Source of the DNA: a virus
Reading direction: 5' to 3' (one strand)
Virus record (IMG/VR): IMGVR_UViG_3300010005_000040
Length of the DNA: 64,000 bases
Part shown: piece after piece, positions 24,867 through 32,283 of the stretch
Position numbering within the stretch: position 1 is the stretch's first letter
Layout of the letters: each line of letters begins with the position of its first letter
Made by a program: the position numbers and the translations under genes
The notes under the pieces: generated by a model
The model's database searches: none
What the model was told of the DNA's origin: nothing
The model's input: only the letters and a program-made list of their open reading frames with translations

Positions 24867-25264
24867 TTCCCTACCACCCATGCATTGATGCTTATCCAGA
24901 TCGACGCCACGGCACCTACAAGGCTGCTGCAAAAAGCAACTCCCATGCCGGCTAGCAGATTGGCTGCTACCTTCTGAACGCCCTCTGCGGAGCCTAGAGC
25001 GCCCGTGTCGATGCCGTGCATGGCAAGCACGAAACCGATGAGGTTACCTATTAGACCGAGGGTTACGAGCCAAACCTCCACGCGCTCGATGTGGCCCGTT
25101 TTGCCGAGGAAGATGCCGGCAAGGCTAGCAACGAACAACGCGGTAATCAGGTAACTCAGATGGGAGATATCATGGCTGAAAACGAACTGGACGTATCCCA
25201 GGCAGGCCGCCCAGATAACGAAGCATAGGCCGGCGAAATTCAGGATGAAGAGACGCAGGGTCAT
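24863..25264 (-). CDS. Minimal MotA/TolQ/ExbB-like channel protein
   Basis: 133 aa, four hydrophobic segments; LGLIGNLIGF and GMGVAFCSSLVG match the last two TMs of the family. Confidence 0.65.
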   Translation of the reverse strand: MTLRLFILNFAGLCFVIWAACLGYVQFVFSHDISHLSYLITALFVASLAGIFLGKTGHIERVEVWLVTLGLIGNLIGFVLAMHGIDTGALGSAEGVQKVAANLLAGMGVAFCSSLVGAVASIWISINAWVVGK

Positions 25265-25800
25265 TGTGCCGCCACCGTCACAGGACATTTGGGAAGCAGT
25301 AGCTCAGCGGGGATGACGAGCATGGTGTTCGTCTCATCGCCATCGGTGGGGGATGGCACACGGACACTCTTCAGGTATTTGCGCAGGGGCGCCGGCAGGC
25401 TTTCAAGCTGCATCCGCCATATCTCGCGCGCCGACCTCACGGCCGATTTGGAACGGCGGATTGTCTTGCCATCGGGAAGCATCGCGAAAGGCTTGTGAAA
25501 GCCGAAGATTGCGCCCTCGTCCGCGCATGCCCTGATGCCGGTGAATTCGGTGAACAGGACGAATGTGCAAGCGCTTGCACACATGCCGTGATAGTGGATC
25601 TCGGCCCCGGCGAAGCTCAGTGCCTGATATTTCCGATAGTACTCGGAGACGTTGCCGCCCGGGTCATCGGTGATGTGAATGACTGGCCGCTCCGGTGCGG
25701 CATGGGCCTGGATGGTAAGGGCAACGCTCATAAACATGGCCAGAGCCAACGCTGCCAACAGAATAGAAAAAGCAACCCAGAAGCGACTGTTCTCGCCCAT
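25261..25800 (-). CDS. Secreted ClpP/crotonase-fold (S49-like) protein
   Basis: Signal peptide ending AHA; DDPGG, GMCASAC (nucleophile Ser position), FGFHKP (His position). Confidence 0.6.
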   Translation of the reverse strand: MGENSRFWVAFSILLAALALAMFMSVALTIQAHAAPERPVIHITDDPGGNVSEYYRKYQALSFAGAEIHYHGMCASACTFVLFTEFTGIRACADEGAIFGFHKPFAMLPDGKTIRRSKSAVRSAREIWRMQLESLPAPLRKYLKSVRVPSPTDGDETNTMLVIPAELLLPKCPVTVAAQ

Positions 25801-25830
25801 GGCCGTTTCCTTTCGAGGGAGGAAGATTGA

Positions 25831-26004
25831 TTAGTCGCGGTCGCGATCGGTCAGTTTTGTGATGATCTGGACCAGCAGCCATGCGCAGCCGAGGATCGGG
25901 AGCAGGAGCGCGGCGTTCTGCGAAATGTCGGCCAGAGACGGCATCCACCAAGGGGAAACAGCGGCGCCGGCAGCAATCACGTTTGTCACCTTGTCTATGG
26001 TCAC
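25831..26004 (-). CDS. Small membrane protein (holin/antiholin-like)
   Basis: GTGA-coupled to o-spanin; 57 aa, hydrophobic, charged C-tail TDRDRD. Confidence 0.55.
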   Translation of the reverse strand: MTIDKVTNVIAAGAAVSPWWMPSLADISQNAALLLPILGCAWLLVQIITKLTDRDRD

Positions 26005-26261
26005 TTGCCTGTCTCCAGTACGGAGACGGCTTTCGAAAGAGCGCCGTGACGGCGGGCACAGTTGGTCAGGGCTCGCCGATCCGAGGCCCACAGTCTGGCC
26101 ACGTCAGCCTGGGTGAGATCCCTGTCCGGAATGTTGACAATGCCAGCGCATGCCTGCCGAAGCGATTGCGGGATTTTGGCTGTGACCGGGGGCAGAACCG
26201 AGTGGCGATCGGTGGCACATCCAGAGAGGGCAAGGACCGCGCAAAGGAGGATAGCTTTCAT
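26001..26261 (-). CDS. Rz1: o-spanin lipoprotein
   Basis: Lipobox LSGC after a hydrophobic leader; Pro-rich mature part; follows i-spanin. Confidence 0.75.
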   Translation of the reverse strand: MKAILLCAVLALSGCATDRHSVLPPVTAKIPQSLRQACAGIVNIPDRDLTQADVARLWASDRRALTNCARRHGALSKAVSVLETGK

Positions 26262-26596
26262 CGCCCTGCTCCGTTTATGGCGCGGGCAAGCGATTTCGGC
26301 AGGGCTGGCTTTTGGTCAGCACCCTCCGACTTTATGGCTTCCTCAAGCGCGGTTTGCGTCTCTGCCAGTTGGCCTTGAATGGCGAGGTAATCCGCCTCTA
26401 TCTGATCGATCTGGCGCTGGTCGGAAGCGGCTTTGGCGAGCTGTTTGGCCTGGTCTTCCTCGCGCTGTGCGACCCATGCGGCACGCTCTACGGAGGCACC
26501 CTCTGCCCTGCCCTTGTAGAACTCGCGAGCACCATATCCGAAGAAGAGCGCAACGCAGATCGCGGCGGCGGCCAGATAGGCCAGGATTGTGTTCAT
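26258..26596 (-). CDS. Rz: i-spanin
   Basis: N-terminal TM plus coiled coil; ATGA-coupled start 26596. Confidence 0.72.
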   Translation of the reverse strand: MNTILAYLAAAAICVALFFGYGAREFYKGRAEGASVERAAWVAQREEDQAKQLAKAASDQRQIDQIEADYLAIQGQLAETQTALEEAIKSEGADQKPALPKSLARAINGAGR

Positions 26597-26682
26597 GCGA
26601 GCCACCACACAAGGAAAATGGCCACAACCAGCAGTGAACCGGCTCCGATGATGCGCAGTGCGTAATCAAGGACTTTGACCAT
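26593..26682 (-). CDS. 29-aa single-TM protein MVKVLDYALRIIGAGSLLVVAIFLVWWLA
   Basis: TGATG overlap with the endolysin stop, ATGA overlap with Rz. Confidence 0.55.
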   Translation of the reverse strand: MVKVLDYALRIIGAGSLLVVAIFLVWWLA

Positions 26683-27143
26683 CACAGCCCCCGCAAGCAC
26701 AGTTCGCGCTCTTTGGCGCGGCGCTTGGTCAGACCGGGAAAAGTGATGCCAACAGCCTTGTTCCAGGCCATGAGCGCATCGCAGCCCTCGCGAGTGCGGT
26801 TCTGATTGATCAGCCGGACAACGCTGGATTTGCAGGCCGCGCCTACCCCGACATTGTAGGCAAAGCTGGTGAGGGCAACGAACCGGTCATCCGGTAGGGG
26901 AACCTTGACGCAAGCCTCTATGCCGTTGGCGTATTTCTCAAGGCTCCTGACAAGCATGGCCTTGCATTCAGCGATCGAGTGGTAGTCGCCCTTGTGGACG
27001 TTTTCCGTCTCGCCATAACACACGGTCCAAGGAGGTCCGCCAGTCGCCGGATCTGGGTAGGCATTCTGACGAAGGCCCTCGAACCCGCCGATAAGCGAGA
27101 CAGCCAATGCGGCGGCTACGCCACCCTTTTTAAGACGGCTCAT
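26682..27143 (-). CDS. GH24 lysozyme endolysin, possibly SAR type
   Basis: FEG...YPD...WTVCYGET catalytic pattern, ALTSFAYNVG, GLTKRRAKERELC; Gly/Ala-rich hydrophobic N-terminus. Confidence 0.92.
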   Translation of the reverse strand: MSRLKKGGVAAALAVSLIGGFEGLRQNAYPDPATGGPPWTVCYGETENVHKGDYHSIAECKAMLVRSLEKYANGIEACVKVPLPDDRFVALTSFAYNVGVGAACKSSVVRLINQNRTREGCDALMAWNKAVGITFPGLTKRRAKERELCLRGL

Positions 27144-27363
27144 TGGAACCTCCAGAGATCGGTTTTTGCGCGATGAAGCGGGCATAGATCGCGCCCGCTG
27201 AAACGAAGCCGGACAACGCGGCGAACAGACCGCGTGGGATCGGAAACAGCCCGTCGAGATAGGGCCAAGCCGCTTCAAGGCCGGTCAGGACCACGGCAAG
27301 CACCATGAGCCGAACGCTCCACGCATGGCGAAGTACGGCCCGCCAGTTCGAGACGAGTTGCAT
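27130..27363 (-). CDS. Holin
   Basis: 77 aa, two TMs, immediately upstream of the endolysin; LVSNWRAVLRHAWSVR pattern. Confidence 0.8.
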   Translation of the reverse strand: MQLVSNWRAVLRHAWSVRLMVLAVVLTGLEAAWPYLDGLFPIPRGLFAALSGFVSAGAIYARFIAQKPISGGSNEPS

Positions 27364-27391
27364 GTCAAGGCTCTTTGGCTATGGTCGGCTG

Positions 27392-27583
27392 ATGGGATAC
27401 ACAGTCGAAATGATGCGCGACGGCAAAGCCATCAGGCATGCCGAGGTTCAGGCTCCTAGTGATGCTGAAGCCGCGAAGACCTTTGGACCGGTGAAGGATG
27501 GGCTAGGCAGAGAGCCTGTATCTGGTGAATGGATACGGGTGACGCAGGCTGGTGTCAGGACGAGCTGGTTTCAGCCAGGATGA
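27392..27583 (+). CDS. Opposite-strand hypothetical protein (moron-like)
   Basis: 63-aa ORF YTVEMMRDG...WIRVT between holin and tailspike; start uncertain. Confidence 0.45.
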   Translation: MGYTVEMMRDGKAIRHAEVQAPSDAEAAKTFGPVKDGLGREPVSGEWIRVTQAGVRTSWFQPG

Positions 27584-27592
27584 TTGATGTTC

Positions 27593-27617
27593 GGCTCTTG
27601 GGTTGAGCCAGTTTTTT
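27593..27617 (+). terminator. Possible intrinsic terminator
   Basis: GGCTC-N7-GAGCC followed by AGTTTTTT. Confidence 0.4.
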
Positions 27618-27632
27618 GGTTAGGACAACACA

Positions 27633-27938
27633 ATGCGAAATATTGCTCAGACACAGACCGTCAAAATCTACAAGCTGCTGCGGGTCGAAGGTCAGCCCTG
27701 GGTGGCTTCAGTTGATATTCACGGCAAATTCATCAAGGCCGAGGGCAAGACGCAGGCCGAAGCGCTGATCGCGCTGGCTCAGATCTGGCCGGAACCGACC
27801 GAACAGGCTCCTGAACCAGAACAGCAGAGCTATATAAGCAGTGATTTTGCCATGCTGGCTGCGGTGCCCCCGCAGAAGCGGGCCGCCCTTGAGCGGATGT
27901 ACGCTACTTCTCACATGGCTATTCCCAAAGAGGATTAG
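27633..27938 (+). CDS. Opposite-strand hypothetical protein (moron-like)
   Basis: AGGA SD; 101 aa; convergent 4-bp overlap with the tailspike stop. Confidence 0.55.
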   Translation: MRNIAQTQTVKIYKLLRVEGQPWVASVDIHGKFIKAEGKTQAEALIALAQIWPEPTEQAPEPEQQSYISSDFAMLAAVPPQKRAALERMYATSHMAIPKED

Positions 27939-30031
27939 GCCACCTCGTATTCGAGAAAGCCAACCAACCTCTGCGTATTCGCCACAGGGAATGGTGTTAT
28001 ATTTGCCGTTGTTCCGGTCGCTATGACCCGGATGACGCCCGATGCGTTTGTGGCCGTATTGATCCAAGAACCTACGGCCGGCGAAACTGCCGCCGCACCG
28101 GTAGGAAGCGTGGCTGTCAGGCCTACGGTTCCTGTTCCGATGTTTGTGATCGTGATGTCGAATGACACCCTAACGGTCTTCCCCTTGCGTTGATAGCGAC
28201 AAGCAAGCGTTCCAACGGTGGTCAGAGTACCAGTAATAGCGGTGACTGTCGGGGTGAAGCTGAGCCACTCCTCACTCTCGAAGATGCCGGCACCCGTAAC
28301 GATAGGCGCTGCCGTGGAGTCTTTTGTCAGGACTCCGACGTTTAGTCGATTACCTGTAGTGACATTGAAGGCCGGAACCGTCCCCGTAGCATTTCCGTCC
28401 CACCGGGATATCTTCGTCCGATCAACCTTAATCTCACCGCCTGTCCCGTCCATGTAAACAAGCTCGGCCATGTTCAAGTCAAGATCGAGATGGCCGATCG
28501 AAACGCGGCTGTTGGTCCCACTGTCGCGTAGGAGATAACTGTTGGCGGCCCAGGTAAGTCCGGATTGACCGTATATTTTGTCAAAAACCAGCTCGGGAGA
28601 TGCCCCAGATTCGATCTGTAGCGTTGTAGCGGCGCTGTCCCCGCCCACGCTATCGAAATAGCCTCTCAAGCATGATCCACCGGGAAGAGACGCGGGGAAA
28701 TTGACGCCCGCCGCCCCCAAACTGAATGCCAGGTTTCTAAGATATCCGATGGAGAATATGCGCCCGACCTTTGGATTATCGGCGCGGTAGAAGCGGAAAG
28801 CCGTCGCAGCCGCCCTCTGGTACGCCCGCACATTGCTATCGTTCGACCAATACGGCCAAAATCCGATCTCATCCATCCATATGACATCGTAGCAGTTGCG
28901 AAGCTCAATGCCCGTAGTCATAGGCTGGCCGCCGATGTGACGGAGGTGAACTCGACCGCAGCCGGCGCCAGTTCCGCCCACGCTGTCGTCGCCAATCAGT
29001 TGAATGCCCTTGGTCCCGTTCAGGATCGTGATGTCTTCAACGACAACATCTGCCGACCCTACGATCTTAATATCGAAGTCGTGCGCGGTTGGCGCCCAGC
29101 CCGCCCCCGGTGCCGGCTGCGTCCGGTAAGTGGTAAGGCCGCGCATTTCTGCACCGAAAGCAGACGACGCGAGAAGACCGACGCCGGTATGCCCGAAGTG
29201 CAGAACGGTCTTTTTTTGGCTGGCCATCGCGAGCCCGCCGTAGATAGAGCCCATCGCGCCCTCGCCCTGGACCTTCGCCTGAGCGGGGATATTGACCGTG
29301 CTGCCCAGCGCCATGGTACCGGCTGGGATCCACAAGGTGTCGCCTGTCCCGGCAACTGCCGTTAGGGCGGAGGAGAGAAGCGACGACATGTCATTGGTAT
29401 CGGTCATGTCCAGACCGTTCCAGTCGCGCAGATCGGCGCGATCGGATGCTTTGGCGTTCCATGTCCTAATGGCAGGGCTTCCGCTCAACGGCTGGGAAAA
29501 CCCGGCCCATGTCGGATCTGTGGAGGCGCCGTTCGTCTGGAGGTGATAGCCAGAAGTCGAAGCCGCCAACCTGGTGTTGGTAGTTGCGTTGCGAAAAATA
29601 AGGTCGCCACGCGTCGTGGTCGGAGCAAGAGAGTCGAAGCCAGCCGCAGCGTTGGCGATAGTGAGGAGCGATCGCCCCGTCGAGGTCGTTGTCAGGGCCG
29701 CAATGGCTGTCAGATCAGCGTCCAGGGGCTGGTATGCAGCAGCAATACCGGCGGTGTTTAGATAGGCAGATGGATTAACAGCCGACCATGCCGCCAGATT
29801 GGCTGAATATGCCTGGATATCGGTGCCGATCACCAGGCCAAGGTTGGTGCGGGCGCCTGATGCCGTAGAAGCGCCTGTGCCACCATCAGCCACAACGACA
29901 TCAGTACCGCCTGGGATATAATATGCGGAAGTAGGAGCGGAGCGGCTATTGCCTCCCTGAACCACGTAGGTCAGTTCTGTTCCGGCGAGCGGAAGGGTGG
30001 CGGCCGTGAGCGCAGAGGTGGTTTTGCTCAT
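27935..30031 (-). CDS. Tailspike/tail fibre with pectate-lyase-like beta-helix (putative depolymerase)
   Basis: N-terminal VADGGTGASTASGARTNLGL and QPLDADLTAIAAL fibre motifs; D...L.SAL.A...TG.TLWIPAG beta-helix start. Confidence 0.8.
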   Translation of the reverse strand: MSKTTSALTAATLPLAGTELTYVVQGGNSRSAPTSAYYIPGGTDVVVADGGTGASTASGARTNLGLVIGTDIQAYSANLAAWSAVNPSAYLNTAGIAAAYQPLDADLTAIAALTTTSTGRSLLTIANAAAGFDSLAPTTTRGDLIFRNATTNTRLAASTSGYHLQTNGASTDPTWAGFSQPLSGSPAIRTWNAKASDRADLRDWNGLDMTDTNDMSSLLSSALTAVAGTGDTLWIPAGTMALGSTVNIPAQAKVQGEGAMGSIYGGLAMASQKKTVLHFGHTGVGLLASSAFGAEMRGLTTYRTQPAPGAGWAPTAHDFDIKIVGSADVVVEDITILNGTKGIQLIGDDSVGGTGAGCGRVHLRHIGGQPMTTGIELRNCYDVIWMDEIGFWPYWSNDSNVRAYQRAAATAFRFYRADNPKVGRIFSIGYLRNLAFSLGAAGVNFPASLPGGSCLRGYFDSVGGDSAATTLQIESGASPELVFDKIYGQSGLTWAANSYLLRDSGTNSRVSIGHLDLDLNMAELVYMDGTGGEIKVDRTKISRWDGNATGTVPAFNVTTGNRLNVGVLTKDSTAAPIVTGAGIFESEEWLSFTPTVTAITGTLTTVGTLACRYQRKGKTVRVSFDITITNIGTGTVGLTATLPTGAAAVSPAVGSWINTATNASGVIRVIATGTTANITPFPVANTQRLVGFLEYEVA

Positions 30032-30040
30032 GAAAGGTCC

Positions 30041-30286
30041 TTATTCGAGCAGCAAAATGCCGCTCTCTGTTCCTTCGAGGAGAAGGAAAGTCAGGCCGAG
30101 GCCATATTCGTCGCCCTCAAGCAAAAGGCCTTGGCCAACAATGTCCCCGATAACATCTGCAATAGCGTCGATAATCTGCTGAAGCGGGGTATGGACGAGG
30201 CGGCCCGATTGGTAGAGGACGAGCCGCGTATCTTTGGCATTGGAGATGCCATCAACTGCCGGGATGTTGACGAGATCGACCATCAA
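30041..30286 (-). CDS. Small tail-associated protein
   Basis: Between fibre genes; three LLLE(G) repeats. Confidence 0.55.
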   Translation of the reverse strand: MMVDLVNIPAVDGISNAKDTRLVLYQSGRLVHTPLQQIIDAIADVIGDIVGQGLLLEGDEYGLGLTFLLLEGTESGILLLE

Positions 30287-31335
30287 GTGGCCAGCGCCTT
30301 GATGATCTTGTTGAGGATCAGAGTGGGCTGCACGTTGTTGTGTGCCGAGCCAGAACCGTTGCTGTCACTGGTAAACGTGTGGGTGTGATCTCCCCCAGCG
30401 GTCGTGGTCTTTGTTGAGCCGGTGGATGAGAAATTCGGGGTGCCAAATCCGCCCGTACCGTTCTGAACGTTGGCATAGGAGATATCATGGGTATGAGTGC
30501 CGGAAGCCGAGGTCGTACCGGTATGGGTATGCGCAGCAAGCTGAGCCGTGGTCAGCGTATGGGTTTCAACGCCGCCTGAGCCACCCAAAGTCGTTCCGGT
30601 AACGCCGCCGCTCTGCCCGGTGAGCCGGCTCGCAGCCGAACCGCCCATGTTGTCCTTGCCAGCGATGACGCGGCCCCTGGCGTCGGGCAGATTGAACGTT
30701 GTGGAACCGTCGCCCGCACCATAAGTCGTGCCCAGAATTGCAAAGAGTGCCGCGTAGGTGGTGCGCGACACGGCTTGGCCATACAAGAAAAGCCAGTTCG
30801 TTGGCGCCGTCGCTCCCGCATAGTCCACGACCATTCCGACTGGGACCGAGACATCAACAGCGGCAATCGTTGCAAACGACGATAGATCGATCGTCGGGTT
30901 GAGCAGCAGCCAGCCCCCGGCTGCTGCGTTCAACGCCGTGGAGTACAAAAACAGGTAGATACCATCCTGTTGGAGTTCCCCTCCAGCTAGCGCAGATTCA
31001 CCCGCCGCAACCATTTTACGGATGGATTTGGCACCAAGACCATTGACGTTCAGGGTGGCTGCGGTCGTGTTATCGGTGGCTATACGAAGGGCCAGCGTTA
31101 GCCCGTTCTGAAACGCCGTAAAGGCTGAATTGGCCGTCACCGTGAGCGCGTTTGCAGTGCCGCCGGCTGTGAGCGCACCGCCTTGGTCGGCGATATATTC
31201 GGCTACCCGCCCCATGCCCTGACGATTTGAGTTGTTTAGCGTGCTCGGGGGTTGGCCTTCGGCGAAATTGATGTCGCCATCAGAGTTGGCGTTGGACGCT
31301 GCGGTCGTGGACCATGAATAGATGCTGCCGGTCAT
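30283..31335 (-). CDS. Tail fibre protein with tail-collar domain
   Basis: PVGMVVDYAGATAPTNWLFLYGQAVSRTTYAALFAILGTTYGAGDGSTTFNLPDARGR; HTHT metal-knot repeats; HNNVQP end. Confidence 0.88.
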   Translation of the reverse strand: MTGSIYSWSTTAASNANSDGDINFAEGQPPSTLNNSNRQGMGRVAEYIADQGGALTAGGTANALTVTANSAFTAFQNGLTLALRIATDNTTAATLNVNGLGAKSIRKMVAAGESALAGGELQQDGIYLFLYSTALNAAAGGWLLLNPTIDLSSFATIAAVDVSVPVGMVVDYAGATAPTNWLFLYGQAVSRTTYAALFAILGTTYGAGDGSTTFNLPDARGRVIAGKDNMGGSAASRLTGQSGGVTGTTLGGSGGVETHTLTTAQLAAHTHTGTTSASGTHTHDISYANVQNGTGGFGTPNFSSTGSTKTTTAGGDHTHTFTSDSNGSGSAHNNVQPTLILNKIIKALAT

Positions 31336-32079
31336 TTAGCCCACCAGTCGCTTTTTTGAGAGAAGATCGGAGAGGGTTGGTGCGTTCATCGCCTTCAACA
31401 GCGCATCACCAGACTGGCGAGCATCGCCTATCGGGCCGAAGCGGATGGCTGGCGCGTCTGGTGTTTTTGCAAGATTGCCGAATACACTCTGAAGCCATTG
31501 AGCTGGAGTTTTCTGTTGGCTTCCGTCTTCCGCCATGGCGTTGAAATCATTCGCGACTTGTACTGGAATGCCAGGGGGGGCTAACGGGCTCGGTTGCGAA
31601 GACGGGCCAAGAACAGGCTGCGCATAGGCTTCTTGGCCCTTGGGGCCGTCTGGCATGCCTGCATATGCGCTTCCTGCGAATGGCTGGCCCTTGGCGTTGT
31701 CTGTGAAATAGTGGTTTCCGATCTTCAAGGCGTTCTGGTCATTGAGCCGCCGCGCCCACGATGCCGTTGAATCGCCGGGGTTGGCGTAATAGACAGCGCC
31801 CTTGGTGACGCTGGGGAGATTGCCGGTCTTGAGCTGCTCGGCCACTGCGATAGCCTCAGGGCTGACCTTTGAAGATTGCCCCTGGAACTGATTGCGGGCG
31901 AGCGCTTGGGAAAGCGGGTCACTTCCGTAGCCGGAGAAATTCTGACTTGCGCGATTGCGGATGACATCGGCTACCGCCTGCATTCCAAGCAGGCCTTCGC
32001 CCCCGGCCTCGCCCTGAATGATGGAGGCGAGCGTCTGAATGTCATCGCCGAGCGGGCGCGGTGTGCCGACATAGGCCAT
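31336..32079 (-). CDS. SleB/Hydrolase_2-type cell-wall hydrolase (virion-associated)
   Basis: IIQGEAGGEG..GM.AVADVIRNR...NQF...GAVYYANP...KIGNHYF. Confidence 0.85.
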   Translation of the reverse strand: MAYVGTPRPLGDDIQTLASIIQGEAGGEGLLGMQAVADVIRNRASQNFSGYGSDPLSQALARNQFQGQSSKVSPEAIAVAEQLKTGNLPSVTKGAVYYANPGDSTASWARRLNDQNALKIGNHYFTDNAKGQPFAGSAYAGMPDGPKGQEAYAQPVLGPSSQPSPLAPPGIPVQVANDFNAMAEDGSQQKTPAQWLQSVFGNLAKTPDAPAIRFGPIGDARQSGDALLKAMNAPTLSDLLSKKRLVG

Positions 32080-32118
32080 GGGATTGCCTCAACGCTTGTT
32101 CGTCGCTATTTTGTGCGG

Positions 32119-32283
32119 ATGCAGATCGATCACGACCCCAAGGAACCATCCAGAGCGGTGATAATGAGTGTTGGTCTGGTCCAGATGGCGGTGTTCGCCA
32201 TTGGAATTGGCCTGATAGGCTGGCTTAGAGCCAACTACGCCCATCAAGTTGGGGACTGGATATTCTCATTGTTTGGCGGGTGA
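32119..32283 (+). CDS. Opposite-strand small membrane protein
   Basis: 54 aa with TM AVIMSVGLVQMAVFAIGIGLIGW; start uncertain. Confidence 0.4.
   Translation: MQIDHDPKEPSRAVIMSVGLVQMAVFAIGIGLIGWLRANYAHQVGDWIFSLFGG

Noticed and set aside
27935-31335. Diversity-generating retroelement or invertible tail-fibre cassette
   Set aside because: No reverse transcriptase, no template/variable repeat pair and no invertase or inverted crossover sites noticed
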